A DNA stretch of 64,000 bases from Pseudogymnoascus verrucosus (lineage: Eukaryota): NCBI GenBank assembly GCA_001662655.1, contig KV460267.1; one strand, given 5' to 3'. The notes beneath the pieces were generated by a model. It had not been told where the DNA came from. It worked only from the letters and a program-made list of their open reading frames with translations, and did not search any database. Positions within the stretch are counted from its first letter, which is position 1. Each line of letters starts with the position of its first letter. This document shows positions 1 through 11,508 of the stretch, in pieces. The position numbers and the translations under genes were made by a program.

Positions 1-3000
1 ACCGCGTACACACCTTCTGCGCCACTATGCAAAACGTACAACTAGCATATAGCTCAAATCGGATCGTCTTTAATGCCTTAATCTCTGTCATCACCTTCGT
101 CTGTGATTCATCGGGACAATTCTCTAATGTATGCCGCACATCAACATCTAAACCTTAGCACTGTCGGGTGTAACATAACGGGCACTTGCCTACCTACGAA
201 TCCAACTAGGTTTCTAAATTCCACACCTCATGCCCCTCCCGCTAGCTGTCGGTTTCGACTCGCCATCGTTACTAACTTCGCTGTTGCTTCTAGGCCTCGA
301 ACATACGGCTCTCGCCAGCTGCATCTTAGTCGGCTGCAAACCCTTAATCGAAACTAACGGAACTGCAACGTGACTAGGCTATGGGATGGCCCTCCTCAAA
401 CGACGTTATATCTTAGTCCGTGAATGGCTAGGGACTAGCAACAACGACACTCCTAGGAACTAAAACCTCACTGCTTGGCGCTAGAATACCTATGCTGCTA
501 CTAGGGACGGCGATTCCGCTGTCTACCCATCGGCTCTGTCCCTTACGCTCGGCCTATGCTACCTGCTCTCGATTCGCTCTTTGCTCTTTAATGTATGCCG
601 CCCGTCGTGCCTCTGCGTCTTCAACTATAGCATTATCCTTCTCACATACATCACATCGCTCCTCCCCCACCTCGCACCTCTTCTAGTCCTATCGGTCGTC
701 CATCTCGCTATCTAAATATATCCGTCGACACTTACTGCCGCTTAAAAACCTCTCCATCTTCTCCCATTCAACCTACTTGACCTCCTACGGCCGCATCACG
801 CGACTCTAGATCTTCTACGGTTGTGTCCGCGCTTTGGCCCGTGCTATCTTCTTCTGCAACTCCTCCTACCAGCCGGCCAGCATCACAACGATGGCTTCAC
901 TCCGCTCGCCATCCCGCCTACCACGACCGCTCTCCTAACTATAACTCTGCATCTAGTAAATGTACCTAGCGTGAATGACCACCTAGACATTAGGGGCATC
1001 GATTCCCAACCCAAACGCGTTTGTAGCTACAATCAACCGCCCATCGCCACGCTGCCACCGTTCCATGATTGCCCCCTTCTCCTCTCGATCTCCTACCTCG
1101 CGATAATACTAGTGACAACCTAATGCCTTACTTAACTCCTACGTCCGCTCAATGCTTCCCCCATACACAATGATCTTAGCAGGCGCCGCGTACTGCTCTA
1201 ACTTCTCCCCTACTAACTGGCAAATGGCCCCCGTCTCATCGCTCTCATCGGCATACTCGTGAACGGAATACGCAATGTTAGGCCGCGTCGTAGGTCCCCG
1301 AAACGTCTACACCTCTTCTAGCTTAATCTTCATAATCCGCATGAACTCGGGCTCGGTATGCTTCGGCAACGTGGCTGTCAAAAACACCATCTGCACCTCC
1401 CGCGTCAATAATGCCCCTAACTGCTGCATCTAGGGCCGGAAATCGGGCGTGCTGTCTATAACGGTGTAACACTCGTCAAACACGATGCGGACCAACTCCC
1501 GACGACCCTGCAACTCATTTAAAAACGTACCGAACGTCTTGCTAACCGCTAACTTGGGTGTGACGATGACAATCTATGCTTGCATTTCCCCCATGCGCTG
1601 ACTATCCCACTTCGTACACGAAATCCCAACCTACTAACACCGCTCAACTATATGGCCCTACAACGACACTAACGGCGTGATGACAATCGTCGTCCCGGAT
1701 GACACGCTCTTTGCCGGAATCTAGAATAACATCAACTTCCCTACACCGGTCCCCATCACCACCAATATGGGGCTCTCGTGCTTCATAATGGCCTCTAACG
1801 CCGGCTTCTGCAACCCACGGAACTGCGTGCCCGCCCTAAACATTTCTTCTAATGCCTACTAGATGTCGACCGTCCGCAACTTCTTCTACCGCTAGGCTTA
1901 CACCTCGTCCATCTCGTCCTTAAACGATGGACGCTTGCGCTTGCTCCCACGCGTAGGGTCTCCCTAACACGCGGATGCAAACTCTAAAAACCGATGCCAC
2001 GTACAACTTACCTATCGAAACTTCTCCCAACGGCTGATGATGGTATTATTGCCCTCCATTAACTCACAGGCGTAAATCATGCCCGTAATATGCGTCCTAT
2101 GCCCAGCCTGCAAATCCCACGGATCGTCGCTAGCCGCATTATCCTCATCCCAATTCTCATCAGGATCCCACTTTCCGCTCTCGTCCTCGAATCGATTTTC
2201 TCGACAAAACTGCTGTGATATGGCAATGGCAATCTAGCGCCACGCACTAATGCTTAATATGGACTAGCTTCCTATCCATCGATTGCTAGCGTCCTGCATA
2301 ATCTTCCGCACCCGTTCGGATGTCCATGACAATTTAGTTCGCCGCCCCTTTTCTTCCTCCTAGGTTTTCTCCTTTTCCTCTTTTGTTCCCTTCTTCCCCT
2401 TCCCCTTCCCCTTTTTCATACCCCCTCCCCTCTCTAGACCTGTCCACTAACGATGCTCTTTCTTCTCGGCATCCCCCTATAAAAATGCGCTAGACACGAC
2501 CTTTCCTGTCATCTAGAACTAAATCTTCTCCTAAAACGGCAACACAATCTACAAATAATATACCAACAACTCTCTAACTTCTTAGGGTAAATACCGGTAG
2601 ATGATCTTGATGTTGCTACTGCTACGGTACCCCTTATGGTACTAGCCGACCAAACCCACTAACCCGTTCTCTATGATGACGTTTCGTACGCCCCCGTTCG
2701 CTGTATTCTTCCACTGCAACCCTAAAATCTCTGTTGCACGACTAGGCTGCCCGGCACATAAATGGATCAATATCAACAACAACTCTAAAAACCGCTCTAC
2801 GTGTTGTTGGTATGCTTCACCCGCGCTAGGCTTCAACAAACCGTCGTCGTCTAAAAACTGCTCCCGTAACGCCTGCTCCTAGTATATCCGCTCAAACAAC
2901 CACCACTCCTTGTAGGCGCCGAATTTGTTTCGTTCGTCATCCAAAAACGACCAACTAACCTTAGTCTCCGACGGCTAGTCGACGGTATTGTCCTAATCGA

Positions 3001-5274
3001 TACTAGGTACGCCCCCCTCATCCGTGACCACCATCAACTTCCTAAACAACTCGTCTCGCGCCTCTCCAATCAATCTATGCACTATGCTCCGCAACTGCGA
3101 CATCTAGACACGGGTGCTAGGGTACAACACCTCATCTCGAATCCACTAGATCTTCCTAGCCGCTAGCGTGGTGTATCGTATCTTGAATCCGTACGAACGG
3201 GTCTAGTATATCTACTGCATAGGCGTGGGATCGCAGCCGCCGTAGGCCATGGTCGTAAACTAGGCGACAAACTACTTAACTAACCAGTAATAACTAGTCG
3301 CCTTCTTTCGCGCCTTAACCTCTGTCATCTCGCTCTAATACGTACGAATCTGCTCTTACCTCTGCTCGTACGCCTCCTGAACCACCATCAACCGTGCCAA
3401 CTTAATCACTGCTGAATATTTAGTGGTGAAATCCTCAGCATCGTGCCATCCTTTGTCCCCCTTTATCATCAAAACGGCCAAACCGCTAATGATGGGGCTT
3501 TAGTACTCATTGTCTTGTAACGGGTGGTCTAACAACGTGATGCAAAACCGCAATACCTCCCACTAGATCTGCCGCATCCATTTGGTCTCTTTAGACATCT
3601 CATCCTCAAAACCCTCATCGACTTCTTCGGCCGCCCCCTTGACGCCCTCCACCCCCTCGTCATCCTCCCCATCATTAAACCCCTCGTCTTCATTACGGTC
3701 TTCGCCCACCGCGTTCTTCTCCTGCTCCCCCTTCTACCCCTAAAACGCCTAAATTTTATCTCTCACGGTTTGCATAGCCGACTGCTACGCCTCAGTCAAC
3801 ACGTACAGGGGTCGGAACTCGGCCTCATCATCCTCGGCTTAGAACACGAACAATAACAATTGCTTCTATACCTTAACATACCGCTCAATGGTCGTGATGT
3901 CCATCCAACTATTAAACGGCATGTTCGTCTCTTTATCCACCTCTTTCCTGTTTGCCTCGAACAACGTTTGTATCCCGACGACCTTGCGTACAGCATAGTG
4001 CTGTGCGTCTTAAATCAACCACTTGAATGCTATGCACACTATGGCCAAATAGGGTTCGTCCTTTCCATCGACCAGTTCAACATACTCTCGCACCTCCTTA
4101 CGGTCGATGCCGGCTAAATGGGGGATGCACCTAACCCGTCTCAACCATAGACTCAGCTCTTTAGCTTCGTCAGTCTCCTTAATCTTCCAGTTCTCCTCCT
4201 CCTTAGCCTTCTCGAACGCCCTCTACATCTCCTGCTTAGCCGCCTTAAACTAGTCTGCCTAGGACGCCATTCGTGGGGTTAGGCGTGGCCCTGTCTCGAC
4301 GGGTTAGACCTCGAAATACTATGATTTGTGTCCCTGCTTAAAAAACCGCTAGTAATGGATTCCGGTCTGCCATAGCACTCTAGGGGTTAGTTGCGGATTG
4401 ACCTTTCTAGGCCGTCCTCCCTACTCTTTGCTTTTCCATTAATGAACATTCCCGCAATGCTCTCGCATCTGCTATAGCGAACAACATATATATCGGCATT
4501 CTTCCTCGCCTATCTTGAATGTACATTGCATCGCATTGGTCTTAGGTGACCCTAATGCGGGAATGGGTGCTACTGTTAGTAGTGGGAACGGGAACTCACT
4601 CTAGTGTAATGCTCCGGGGTTAGGGACTAAACCCTCAATCTAGGCTACATCCTGTTTAATTCTCTCACGCGTTGCTTTACTTAACCTATGGGGTTTCTTA
4701 GTCGCCTTCTTCTCTCTACGGGGTATCTAGGGTGCAAAATGTGCATCGATCTAGCTAGGTAATATAGCATATTAGCACTTTTTACACACAATAACGTGGA
4801 ATTCGGGCAAATGAATTAAAAATTAGTCCATGTTTCTAGTTCTAGGGTTCTGCCTCTATACTTCTCCTTCCTCAACTATACCTTTAATATACCCTTTATG
4901 GTCTTCCTCTATGTTGCCCTTTTATTTCTTCTTCTATTTCTCCCGTCTTATGTCTTATATTGATTTCGGGGTGCTAGATGTGTTCCGCGTTCCTTGTTCT
5001 TACATGGCTTATGCAAATCCTCATCTCCACACACGTGACTTACCCCAACGTCAACCCTAACCCCAACGACGCAAAAAACGTGGAATTTGTACATTCTAAT
5101 GATGGGAATCGACTCTACGGGGCCACTTACCTTAATGACTGACCTTTTAACGTCTTTTTTCGGGTTTTCTAGGGTAATATGAAAACCTGCGGGCTGTAAC
5201 CCACGGGGTGCCCATTTCGCGTAATTTCCACAACTTGACCGGGGTTGCTATTGGCCCTAAACCCGCGGACTGTA
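1..5274 (-). mobile_element. RIP-inactivated DUF3505 / tyrosine-recombinase-like / RecQ-helicase element (telomere-linked-helicase-like gene), running off the left edge
   Basis: Minus-strand translation through stops. N-terminus (ATG ~4831) MD*FLIHLPEFHVIVCKKC*YAILPS*IDAHF is DUF3505-like. Middle: HLCAGQPSRATEI (~2740), YHKGY (~2630), SAWR*IAIAI (~2235), DLQAGHRTHITGMIYA (~2070-2117). Helicase motifs: MGTGVGK (~1740), VFDECY (~1470), LTATLP (~1370), ATNAFGLGID (~1010), *ESGRGRRDG (~920). RecQ Zn cluster CRR...C...CDVC (~650-730). Many TAG/TAA stops at expected CAG/CAA codons and a TpA excess. Right boundary approximate. Confidence 0.8.
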
Positions 5275-5479
5275 CTAACTAGATAGGACAATAATGGATA
5301 GGCCTAAGCTTAGTATAATATAACGATGTAATTAGTAAGGCTAGTGTTCTATATTTGCTAAGCTTACTTTAGCTCCTAGTAAGAACTAGCTAATAGACTT
5401 TAAACGTATAGAAAGCTAAGGCAAGTGCTAATAGTGCTTAAAAATCAACGGAAATTAGGGGGGGTGTTTCTTAGGCTTA

Positions 5480-6126
5480 ACTAGGACGTATAGTTCGAGC
5501 CGATTTCCGGCACCACGCAGGATAATCCACTAGCGACTGCTATTTCCATATCTAGGTAGAATGGCATCTGATGATCGTGAGCAAAAGGTGGGAAGGGATC
5601 TACCGAAAAAATGGTGAGATAATGCGGACGAAGACTTCTGTCTACAGAAGCCGTCGATATAGAGTTCTCGTCTGTACGATATTCAAGAACAGGTTAGACT
5701 AATTCCTTCTTCGAGGCGCATGAGCATCGGCCACCATGACTGCAACAGCATGCGTTCGCTAGATTCAAATTAGATACATCATACGGAATTAGTGTGATTC
5801 CTATGAATAACTCACGTGGGAGTTCGCTGTCCTCGCCATGCGTGCAAGCTTTCTTTCCACTGATCTTCTCTCCACAGTCGCACTTGACATGGGCCGAGCG
5901 TGACTTTCGCAGCGTTCGACAATGGGGGCATTGTGAGTGTGGGCGACCTTGTTTGCTGATATGTACAAGCGGGCGATCTGAAAAGAGATAATAATTTTGT
6001 TTAGCGGAAACCATGGATGGGTTTGGAAGCTCGCCAGGGAAAACGTCAACTTACCAGAGTGCTGACAGTTACTGGCCCGGTGCGCACGCATGCATCGCAT
6101 GCGTACTTCTCCCCGCCGATCAACAT
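5480..6126 (-). pseudogene. Copper-fist (Ace1/Mac1-type) transcription factor, frameshifted and prematurely terminated
   Basis: ATG 6126 gives MLIGGEKYACDACVR; HRASNCQHS follows in another frame. After an intron (~6053-5978): DRPLVHISKQGRPHSQCPHCR..RKSRSAHVKCDCG. After a second intron: CCCSHGGRCSCASKKE, then TAA at 5694-5696. The 3' end is uncertain. Confidence 0.85.
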
Positions 6127-6325
6127 TTTAGATCTCGAGCTAAGGCAACAGACCGATGTCAAGAGAAATACTACTCTTTCACGAGAGTGGTTGGCAGGAT
6201 GATTCAACAGCGTGGTGCAGCCTAAGCCAGGCCTCCTAAGGACGAAACGGATCTTTCTAGACTTGATGCGACCGTGGACCCTATTGAGGATGACAAACTA
6301 GGATTGTCTTGGCTTCCCTATGGAG

Positions 6326-6530
6326 AATGCGATGTTTGTGCGGATTATGTCATCGCCACCTCCAAATGTCGTCTAGCCGGAGCGCGTTTTGCGAGGTCTG
6401 GGGTGCGGGAACACCATGTCGGATCCACTGCGCGCTTTGTGCGGGTACTAAGCGTCGTGTGACCAAAACTGGGTTTGTGAGGTCCAAGGGCGACGCACCC
6501 AACGTCAGATCCACTGCGCGCTTTATGCGG
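6326..6530 (+). promoter_or_regulatory. Repeated TGCG-N3-TTT(G/A)TGCGG elements in the divergent copper-TF/Cu-ATPase promoter
   Basis: CCACTGCGCGCTTTGTGCGG at 6425-6444, CCACTGCGCGCTTTATGCGG at 6511-6530, TGCGATGTTTGTGCGG at ~6328-6343. Regulatory role is inferred. Confidence 0.55.
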
Positions 6531-6750
6531 CAAGTATGCGCAAGAACGACATTTGCTTTCTAACATTTGCTTTCTATCCAAACCATCGAACGCTCCCGAA
6601 GGCTCTCCTGATTATGCCGCTGGTTCGTTTAGTATGTTTGCGTCTTTGTGCAACTGTTGGGGTCTGCCCGCCAGTGACTTTAAATAGTCAACTCTATCAC
6701 CATCATCCTATTCTGCCTTATCATATTTGTCTTGCCTGCACACATCCACT

Positions 6751-9700
6751 ATGAACTCGGTAATACTTCTCGCATCGAACCTTCATTGTCCGTCTTGTGT
6801 CTCCTACGTCCAGGACGTCCTGTCTCACCTGCTAGGAATCTCATCTGCAAACGAGGTGTCCCTAATAAGCCAAACTATACGGGTTGTATTTAACAGCAAG
6901 ATCATCAACTATCAGTCAATCACCGACGCCTTGACTGCATCGGCTTTCGACGTACAACATGTTTCCGTTTTCGACAACCATGGACGACTAGCTGAAGAGC
7001 ACGATCTTGCAACAAGAATCAACCACAGCGAGGCATCGCGGGTGCGATTCCAACAGAAGCACATGGAGAATTGCAATTCTTGCCAGAAAGAATGGGGGAG
7101 TGGCGGTGCCTCGCCAGTGCTTTCTACAAGATCGACCGCTGCCGCTACGGGTTCTAATGACAACCCGACTGTGATCGATATTGATGGTCCGTCCGAATAC
7201 GACTCATCCACCACGTACACTGCATCACTGTCGATCGAAGGAATGAGCTGTGGTAGCTGTATCGGGAAGATTACAGCAGGGCTGGAGGGGCTACCGTTCG
7301 TCACGAAGGTCAACATCGATCTGCTCACCAACAGCGGCGCCGTTGAATTTCGTGGGAAGATCAACGTAGACCCGATATTGGAGAAGGTCAGCGACCTAGG
7401 CTACAATGCAACACTCGTCGAACTAGTAGAACCGAGGCCGAAGTCGACTCCTACCTACACTGCGTCGCTATCGATTGAAGGAATGAGCTGTGGAAGTTGT
7501 ATCGGCAAAATCACTGCAGGGCTGGAGGGGCTGCCCTTCGTCACGACTGCCAACATCGATTTGCTAACGAGCAGCGGGTCAGTGGAGTTTCGAGGGGACA
7601 AGAAGAATCTAGACCTGATATTAGACAAGTTTAGCGATATGGGCTATCGTGCAACGGTCGTTGAATTAGTCGAGCCGAAGTCCAGTCTTGCTTCACAAGA
7701 GCGGGTAGTCGACCTCCAGATCGACGGTATGCACTGCATTCGCTGTCCGGAGAGGGTCGTAAAGGTTTTGGACGAGTTACGTTCTGAAATGGGGGTTGCT
7801 TCCAACCTCCGCATATCAAGGCCGCCCTCTTCCACGGATCCCCGCGTGCAGATCACGTACAAACCGTCCTTGTCGGAAGGCCTTACAATCCGCTGCTTTA
7901 TCTCCACCATTCAATCCGTCGACTCGGAATTCTCAGTCTATGTGTACCACCCCCCCACCATCGAAGAACGGTCGAGACGAATCCAGCACCAGCAGAGGCG
8001 TTCAATCTTGTGGCGTCTAGTGTTCGCCGGGATTGTTGCTATACCTTCGTTGATCATCGGCGTCGTCTATATGGCCCTTGTTCCAGGCGATAATCCTACA
8101 AGGATGTGGTTTGAGGAGCCCATGTGGGCTGGGAATGCGACGCGGATGGAATGGGCACTGCTCATCCTGACGACGCCCGTCATGTTCTTTGGCACGGATC
8201 TATTCCACCGACGTGCGTTCAAAGAGATCTGGGCCATGTGGAAACCGAACAGTGTCGTTCCAATGCTACGTCGATTCTATCGCTTTGGTAGCATGAATAT
8301 GCTGATAAGCGTCGGCACGATGGTCGCGTACGTTTCGTCCCTTGCGGTCCTCATCATGAACGCTACGCAGAAAACCGAGAGACACCATTCGATGAGGATG
8401 TCTTCGTCTTACTTCGACGTTATCACGTTCTTGACATTTTTTATTCTCATGGGCCAATATCTCGAAGCGTATAGCAAGGCCAAAACCGGAGATGCTGTTG
8501 CTATGCTGAGCAAGCTTCGACCAAGCCAAGCCCTCCTTGTGGGGAAAGACCGCGAAGTGCAGAAGGTTCCTGTTGATCAGCTGGAAGTTGGCGATGTGGT
8601 CCAGATCCCACGGGGAACTTCCCCGCCGGCAGACGGTACGGTCGAGCAGGACGGTTCCTTCTCCTTCGACGAAAGTTCACTTACCGGCGAATCGAAGCCC
8701 GTCCGAAAGACCAAAGGAGACACCGTCTTTACTGGGACTGTTAACGTGGCCGATCCTGTGGAAATCAAAGTCACAGAACTTGGTGGTGCCTCTATGCTCG
8801 ATCAGATCATCGAAGTCGTAAGGGGGGGCCAGGCCAAACGTGCTCCCATCGAGCGATTTGCTGATGTTCTGACTGGTTACTTTGTACCTGTCGTTACTCT
8901 ACTTGCAATTGTAACATGGGTGACCTGGCTTAGCCTCGGTCTCTCTGGCAAGTTGCCCGATGCTTGGCTTGATTCTGCGCAGGGAGGGTGGGCGTTCTGG
9001 TCCCTGGAGTTCGCCATAGCGGTTTTCGTGGTTGCATGTCCATGTGGCATCGGCCTCGCTGCTCCCACGGCACTGTTTGTTGGAGGGGGCCTCGCTGCTA
9101 AGCAGGGCATCTTGGTGCAGGGTGGGGGCCAGGCCTTCCAGGAAGCATCTAACTTAAGTGTGATGGTCTTCGATAAGACCGGCACGCTGACCCAGGGTCA
9201 GATGAAGGTTACGGACTACGAACAACTCGATCCAGACACTAGCAAAGATAGGCTATTCTCCATGGCGCGGGAAATGGAATGTATCTCCAGCCACCCGATT
9301 GCTCAGGCCATAACTACGTTTTGTGCCTCCAGCTCGGAAGAGGTGACCATGTCGGACATCCGAGAGATACCGGGTCATGGTATGACGGCGAGGTTCACAT
9401 TCGGTTCGGAGTCGGGGGAGCATGCCGTGGAAGCTGCCATTGGAAATGGAAAACTCCTTGATCTCCTCAATGAGACAGAGGCAGAGAAAGCTGAGGCGCC
9501 AGTCAGGTCGGGAAACAGCATCGACAACAAAATCGCAAGAACGTCGAGCAAGAATCTGCAACAAGCCCTCTATCGACACCAAATCCAAGGCCACTCCGTC
9601 GCCGTCATCGCCATCCGCTACTCCAACCGCTACAAGGCCGTCGGAATTTTTGCTCTGTCCGATCCCCTCCGCCCAGAAGCTCCCGAGGTTATTGCGTCGT

Positions 9701-10263
9701 TGCGCAGCCTAGGTCTCGCCATTCACCTTTGCACTGGTGATAACGCCACTACGGCGCATGCCATCGCTTCGCAGCTCAATATCCCTCCTGAAAACGTCCG
9801 AGCAGGTGTTCTGCCGCAAGGGAAGGCCGAATACATTCATGAACTTCAACACCCCGCCAAGGGTGTGAGGAAGCTGGTGGCCTTCGCTGGTGATGGCCTG
9901 AATGATACTCCTGCATTGACCGCTGCAGATGTCTCCATTTCGCTCTCCTCGGGCAGCGATATCGCAATCAATGCGTCGTCCTTTATTCTACTAAACTCAG
10001 ACCTTGCTGCGATTCGCATATTATTCACACTCTCCAAACGTGTATTCTTGAGAGTTAAGATGAACTTCTTCTGGGCCGGTGTATACAACGTCACCCTGAT
10101 CCCAGTTGCAGCTGGAGTTCTCTACACAATCGGAGCGACGGAATACCACGCCGGATGGCGCATGAGCCCAGTGTGGGCTGCCGTAGCGATGGCAGGAAGC
10201 AGCATTAGCGTTGTGCTAAGCAGTCTGGCGCTAAAATTGCCCGAACTTAGATGGCCGTTCTAG
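6751..10263 (+). CDS. P1B-type copper-transporting ATPase (CrpA-like copper-resistance exporter), intronless
   Basis: First ATG at 6751. HMA motifs LHCPSC, GMSCGSC (x2), GMHCIRC. TGES actuator, transmembrane CPC, DKTGT phosphorylation site, SSHP, GDGLND. YN and MAGSS Cu(I)-type ligands in the last helices. Confidence 0.95.
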   Translation: MNSVILLASNLHCPSCVSYVQDVLSHLLGISSANEVSLISQTIRVVFNSKIINYQSITDALTASAFDVQHVSVFDNHGRLAEEHDLATRINHSEASRVRFQQKHMENCNSCQKEWGSGGASPVLSTRSTAAATGSNDNPTVIDIDGPSEYDSSTTYTASLSIEGMSCGSCIGKITAGLEGLPFVTKVNIDLLTNSGAVEFRGKINVDPILEKVSDLGYNATLVELVEPRPKSTPTYTASLSIEGMSCGSCIGKITAGLEGLPFVTTANIDLLTSSGSVEFRGDKKNLDLILDKFSDMGYRATVVELVEPKSSLASQERVVDLQIDGMHCIRCPERVVKVLDELRSEMGVASNLRISRPPSSTDPRVQITYKPSLSEGLTIRCFISTIQSVDSEFSVYVYHPPTIEERSRRIQHQQRRSILWRLVFAGIVAIPSLIIGVVYMALVPGDNPTRMWFEEPMWAGNATRMEWALLILTTPVMFFGTDLFHRRAFKEIWAMWKPNSVVPMLRRFYRFGSMNMLISVGTMVAYVSSLAVLIMNATQKTERHHSMRMSSSYFDVITFLTFFILMGQYLEAYSKAKTGDAVAMLSKLRPSQALLVGKDREVQKVPVDQLEVGDVVQIPRGTSPPADGTVEQDGSFSFDESSLTGESKPVRKTKGDTVFTGTVNVADPVEIKVTELGGASMLDQIIEVVRGGQAKRAPIERFADVLTGYFVPVVTLLAIVTWVTWLSLGLSGKLPDAWLDSAQGGWAFWSLEFAIAVFVVACPCGIGLAAPTALFVGGGLAAKQGILVQGGGQAFQEASNLSVMVFDKTGTLTQGQMKVTDYEQLDPDTSKDRLFSMAREMECISSHPIAQAITTFCASSSEEVTMSDIREIPGHGMTARFTFGSESGEHAVEAAIGNGKLLDLLNETEAEKAEAPVRSGNSIDNKIARTSSKNLQQALYRHQIQGHSVAVIAIRYSNRYKAVGIFALSDPLRPEAPEVIASLRSLGLAIHLCTGDNATTAHAIASQLNIPPENVRAGVLPQGKAEYIHELQHPAKGVRKLVAFAGDGLNDTPALTAADVSISLSSGSDIAINASSFILLNSDLAAIRILFTLSKRVFLRVKMNFFWAGVYNVTLIPVAAGVLYTIGATEYHAGWRMSPVWAAVAMAGSSISVVLSSLALKLPELRWPF
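7216..7677 (+). repeat. Tandem intragenic duplication of one HMA domain (240-bp offset)
   Basis: YTASLSIEGMSCGSCIGKITAGLEGLPFVT occurs twice (starting 7216 and 7456). The first 30 aa are identical and differ only at synonymous positions. Confidence 0.9.
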
Positions 10264-10797
10264 AGCCTGAAGCCGGATTAAGTTCGGGAGGAAGGATTAG
10301 CTACGCGGAAGTAAGAGTGGGTTATCATAGCGTAGAGAGTTATTAAGGATTGTGGGAGCTATTTTATCAACAGGGTAGATTGAATTAGATTTTGTCTATT
10401 TGGGCAACCTGTAAAATGTACTGTGTAAGCAGTGATTTCTCGATACCTGAAGCGCACTGAAGACTGAAAGTTCATGAAACGTTATTGCTGTCGTATACTC
10501 AGTCGAAACATGCCTTATAAGCAGAAATTATCATCGCTCCCCACCGTATGTCCCTCCAATTGCAATCCAAGCCGCGATCCGTAACGCCGGCGAGGGGAAT
10601 TAGGTGTGGCAGAGCCGAGACATAGTGCTGGCAGAAGCTAGAGTCATGGCCAGTCTATCAACCTTTAGTCACAGCCATATTGAAATCACGATCCAGAAGT
10701 CTTCTACCACAAATGATCTACTGCCATTGTGCTTAACGGTTCTATGAGTACAGCGTCTATGTTACAAGACTGATATACATTCTAATAAACACGCCAG

Positions 10798-11508
10798 TCA
10801 ATGACAAGCCTTCCCATACTTCCTCAAACGTAGGTAGTTGTACGGCAGGGGTGCTAGAAATCCCATAGACACGGAAAGCAAAGCTGCGCCCCAGAACGCA
10901 GGGGAATCCAACTGGACCACTCCACCAGTGAGATGATAATCAACCGCATTCTCGGCAAGCTCCATCGTGACCATCGAAATTATACTCATTCCCGCAGCAG
11001 TTTGACCAGCAGCTACCCAAGGAAGACGATCGCGGCCGAATCGGAGAAGAGTCGTTTCTAGGAGAATCGAGGTCGTGATTCCGGAGGCCACTAGATCGGA
11101 TCAGTAAGCGTGAACGGACAGCTGTAAACAGTGAGATTAACTGGAGATGGCCATAATTGTCCCCATTCCGAGGGCTGGATGGAACGCTTGAAGGTACCAC
11201 ATGGCCGAAAAATCGCCGACAGTGCAGCCAACCAGGCATCGAAGAGTGTTGATGGTGGCTCGTTTCCAAGTTGATGTCGAGGTCCAGAATTGAGAAGCAG
11301 TCAAAGTTAGGGAAGGAGTGGTTGCCGCCTTGCTGCTACAAAGAGTTTTCGGCGCGCTCTGGCAACCTTTTAGCCTTCGCTGAGAACTGAGGACACCTAG
11401 TCGAAACGTGCGGACCGGTGTGGCCATGGCAGTTGCAGCTGGTAGGACATACTGTCTCAGAGACCTCGGCGGTAGGCGCAGAAGGGCGGAGGGAGGGGTG
11501 ATGAGCAT
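10798..11508 (-). CDS. DUF4396-family integral membrane protein, 2 exons (intron ~11141-11091)
   Basis: Splicing A|TG joins MAIS to MASGITTSILLET. Motifs ATINTLRCLVGCTVGD, AAGMSIISMVTMELAEN, GFLAPLPYNY..LRKYGKACH. Arg/Ser/Leu-rich N-terminus. Confidence 0.8.

Noticed and set aside
5050..5070. CCCTAA telomere-like hexamer near the helicase gene
   Set aside because: Only one perfect unit; not a telomeric array.
1..5274. Calling the element a Starship captain (DUF3435) or a Helitron
   Set aside because: The helicase is SF2 RecQ-type rather than PIF1, no HUH Rep motifs were seen, and the architecture is unlike DUF3435 captains.
6274..6581. Cys-rich short ORFs here and at 30018-30280 as metallothioneins
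   Set aside because: Most lack an ATG start, and the Cys codons arise from the TGCG/TGTG promoter motif; frames are not preserved between the two copies.
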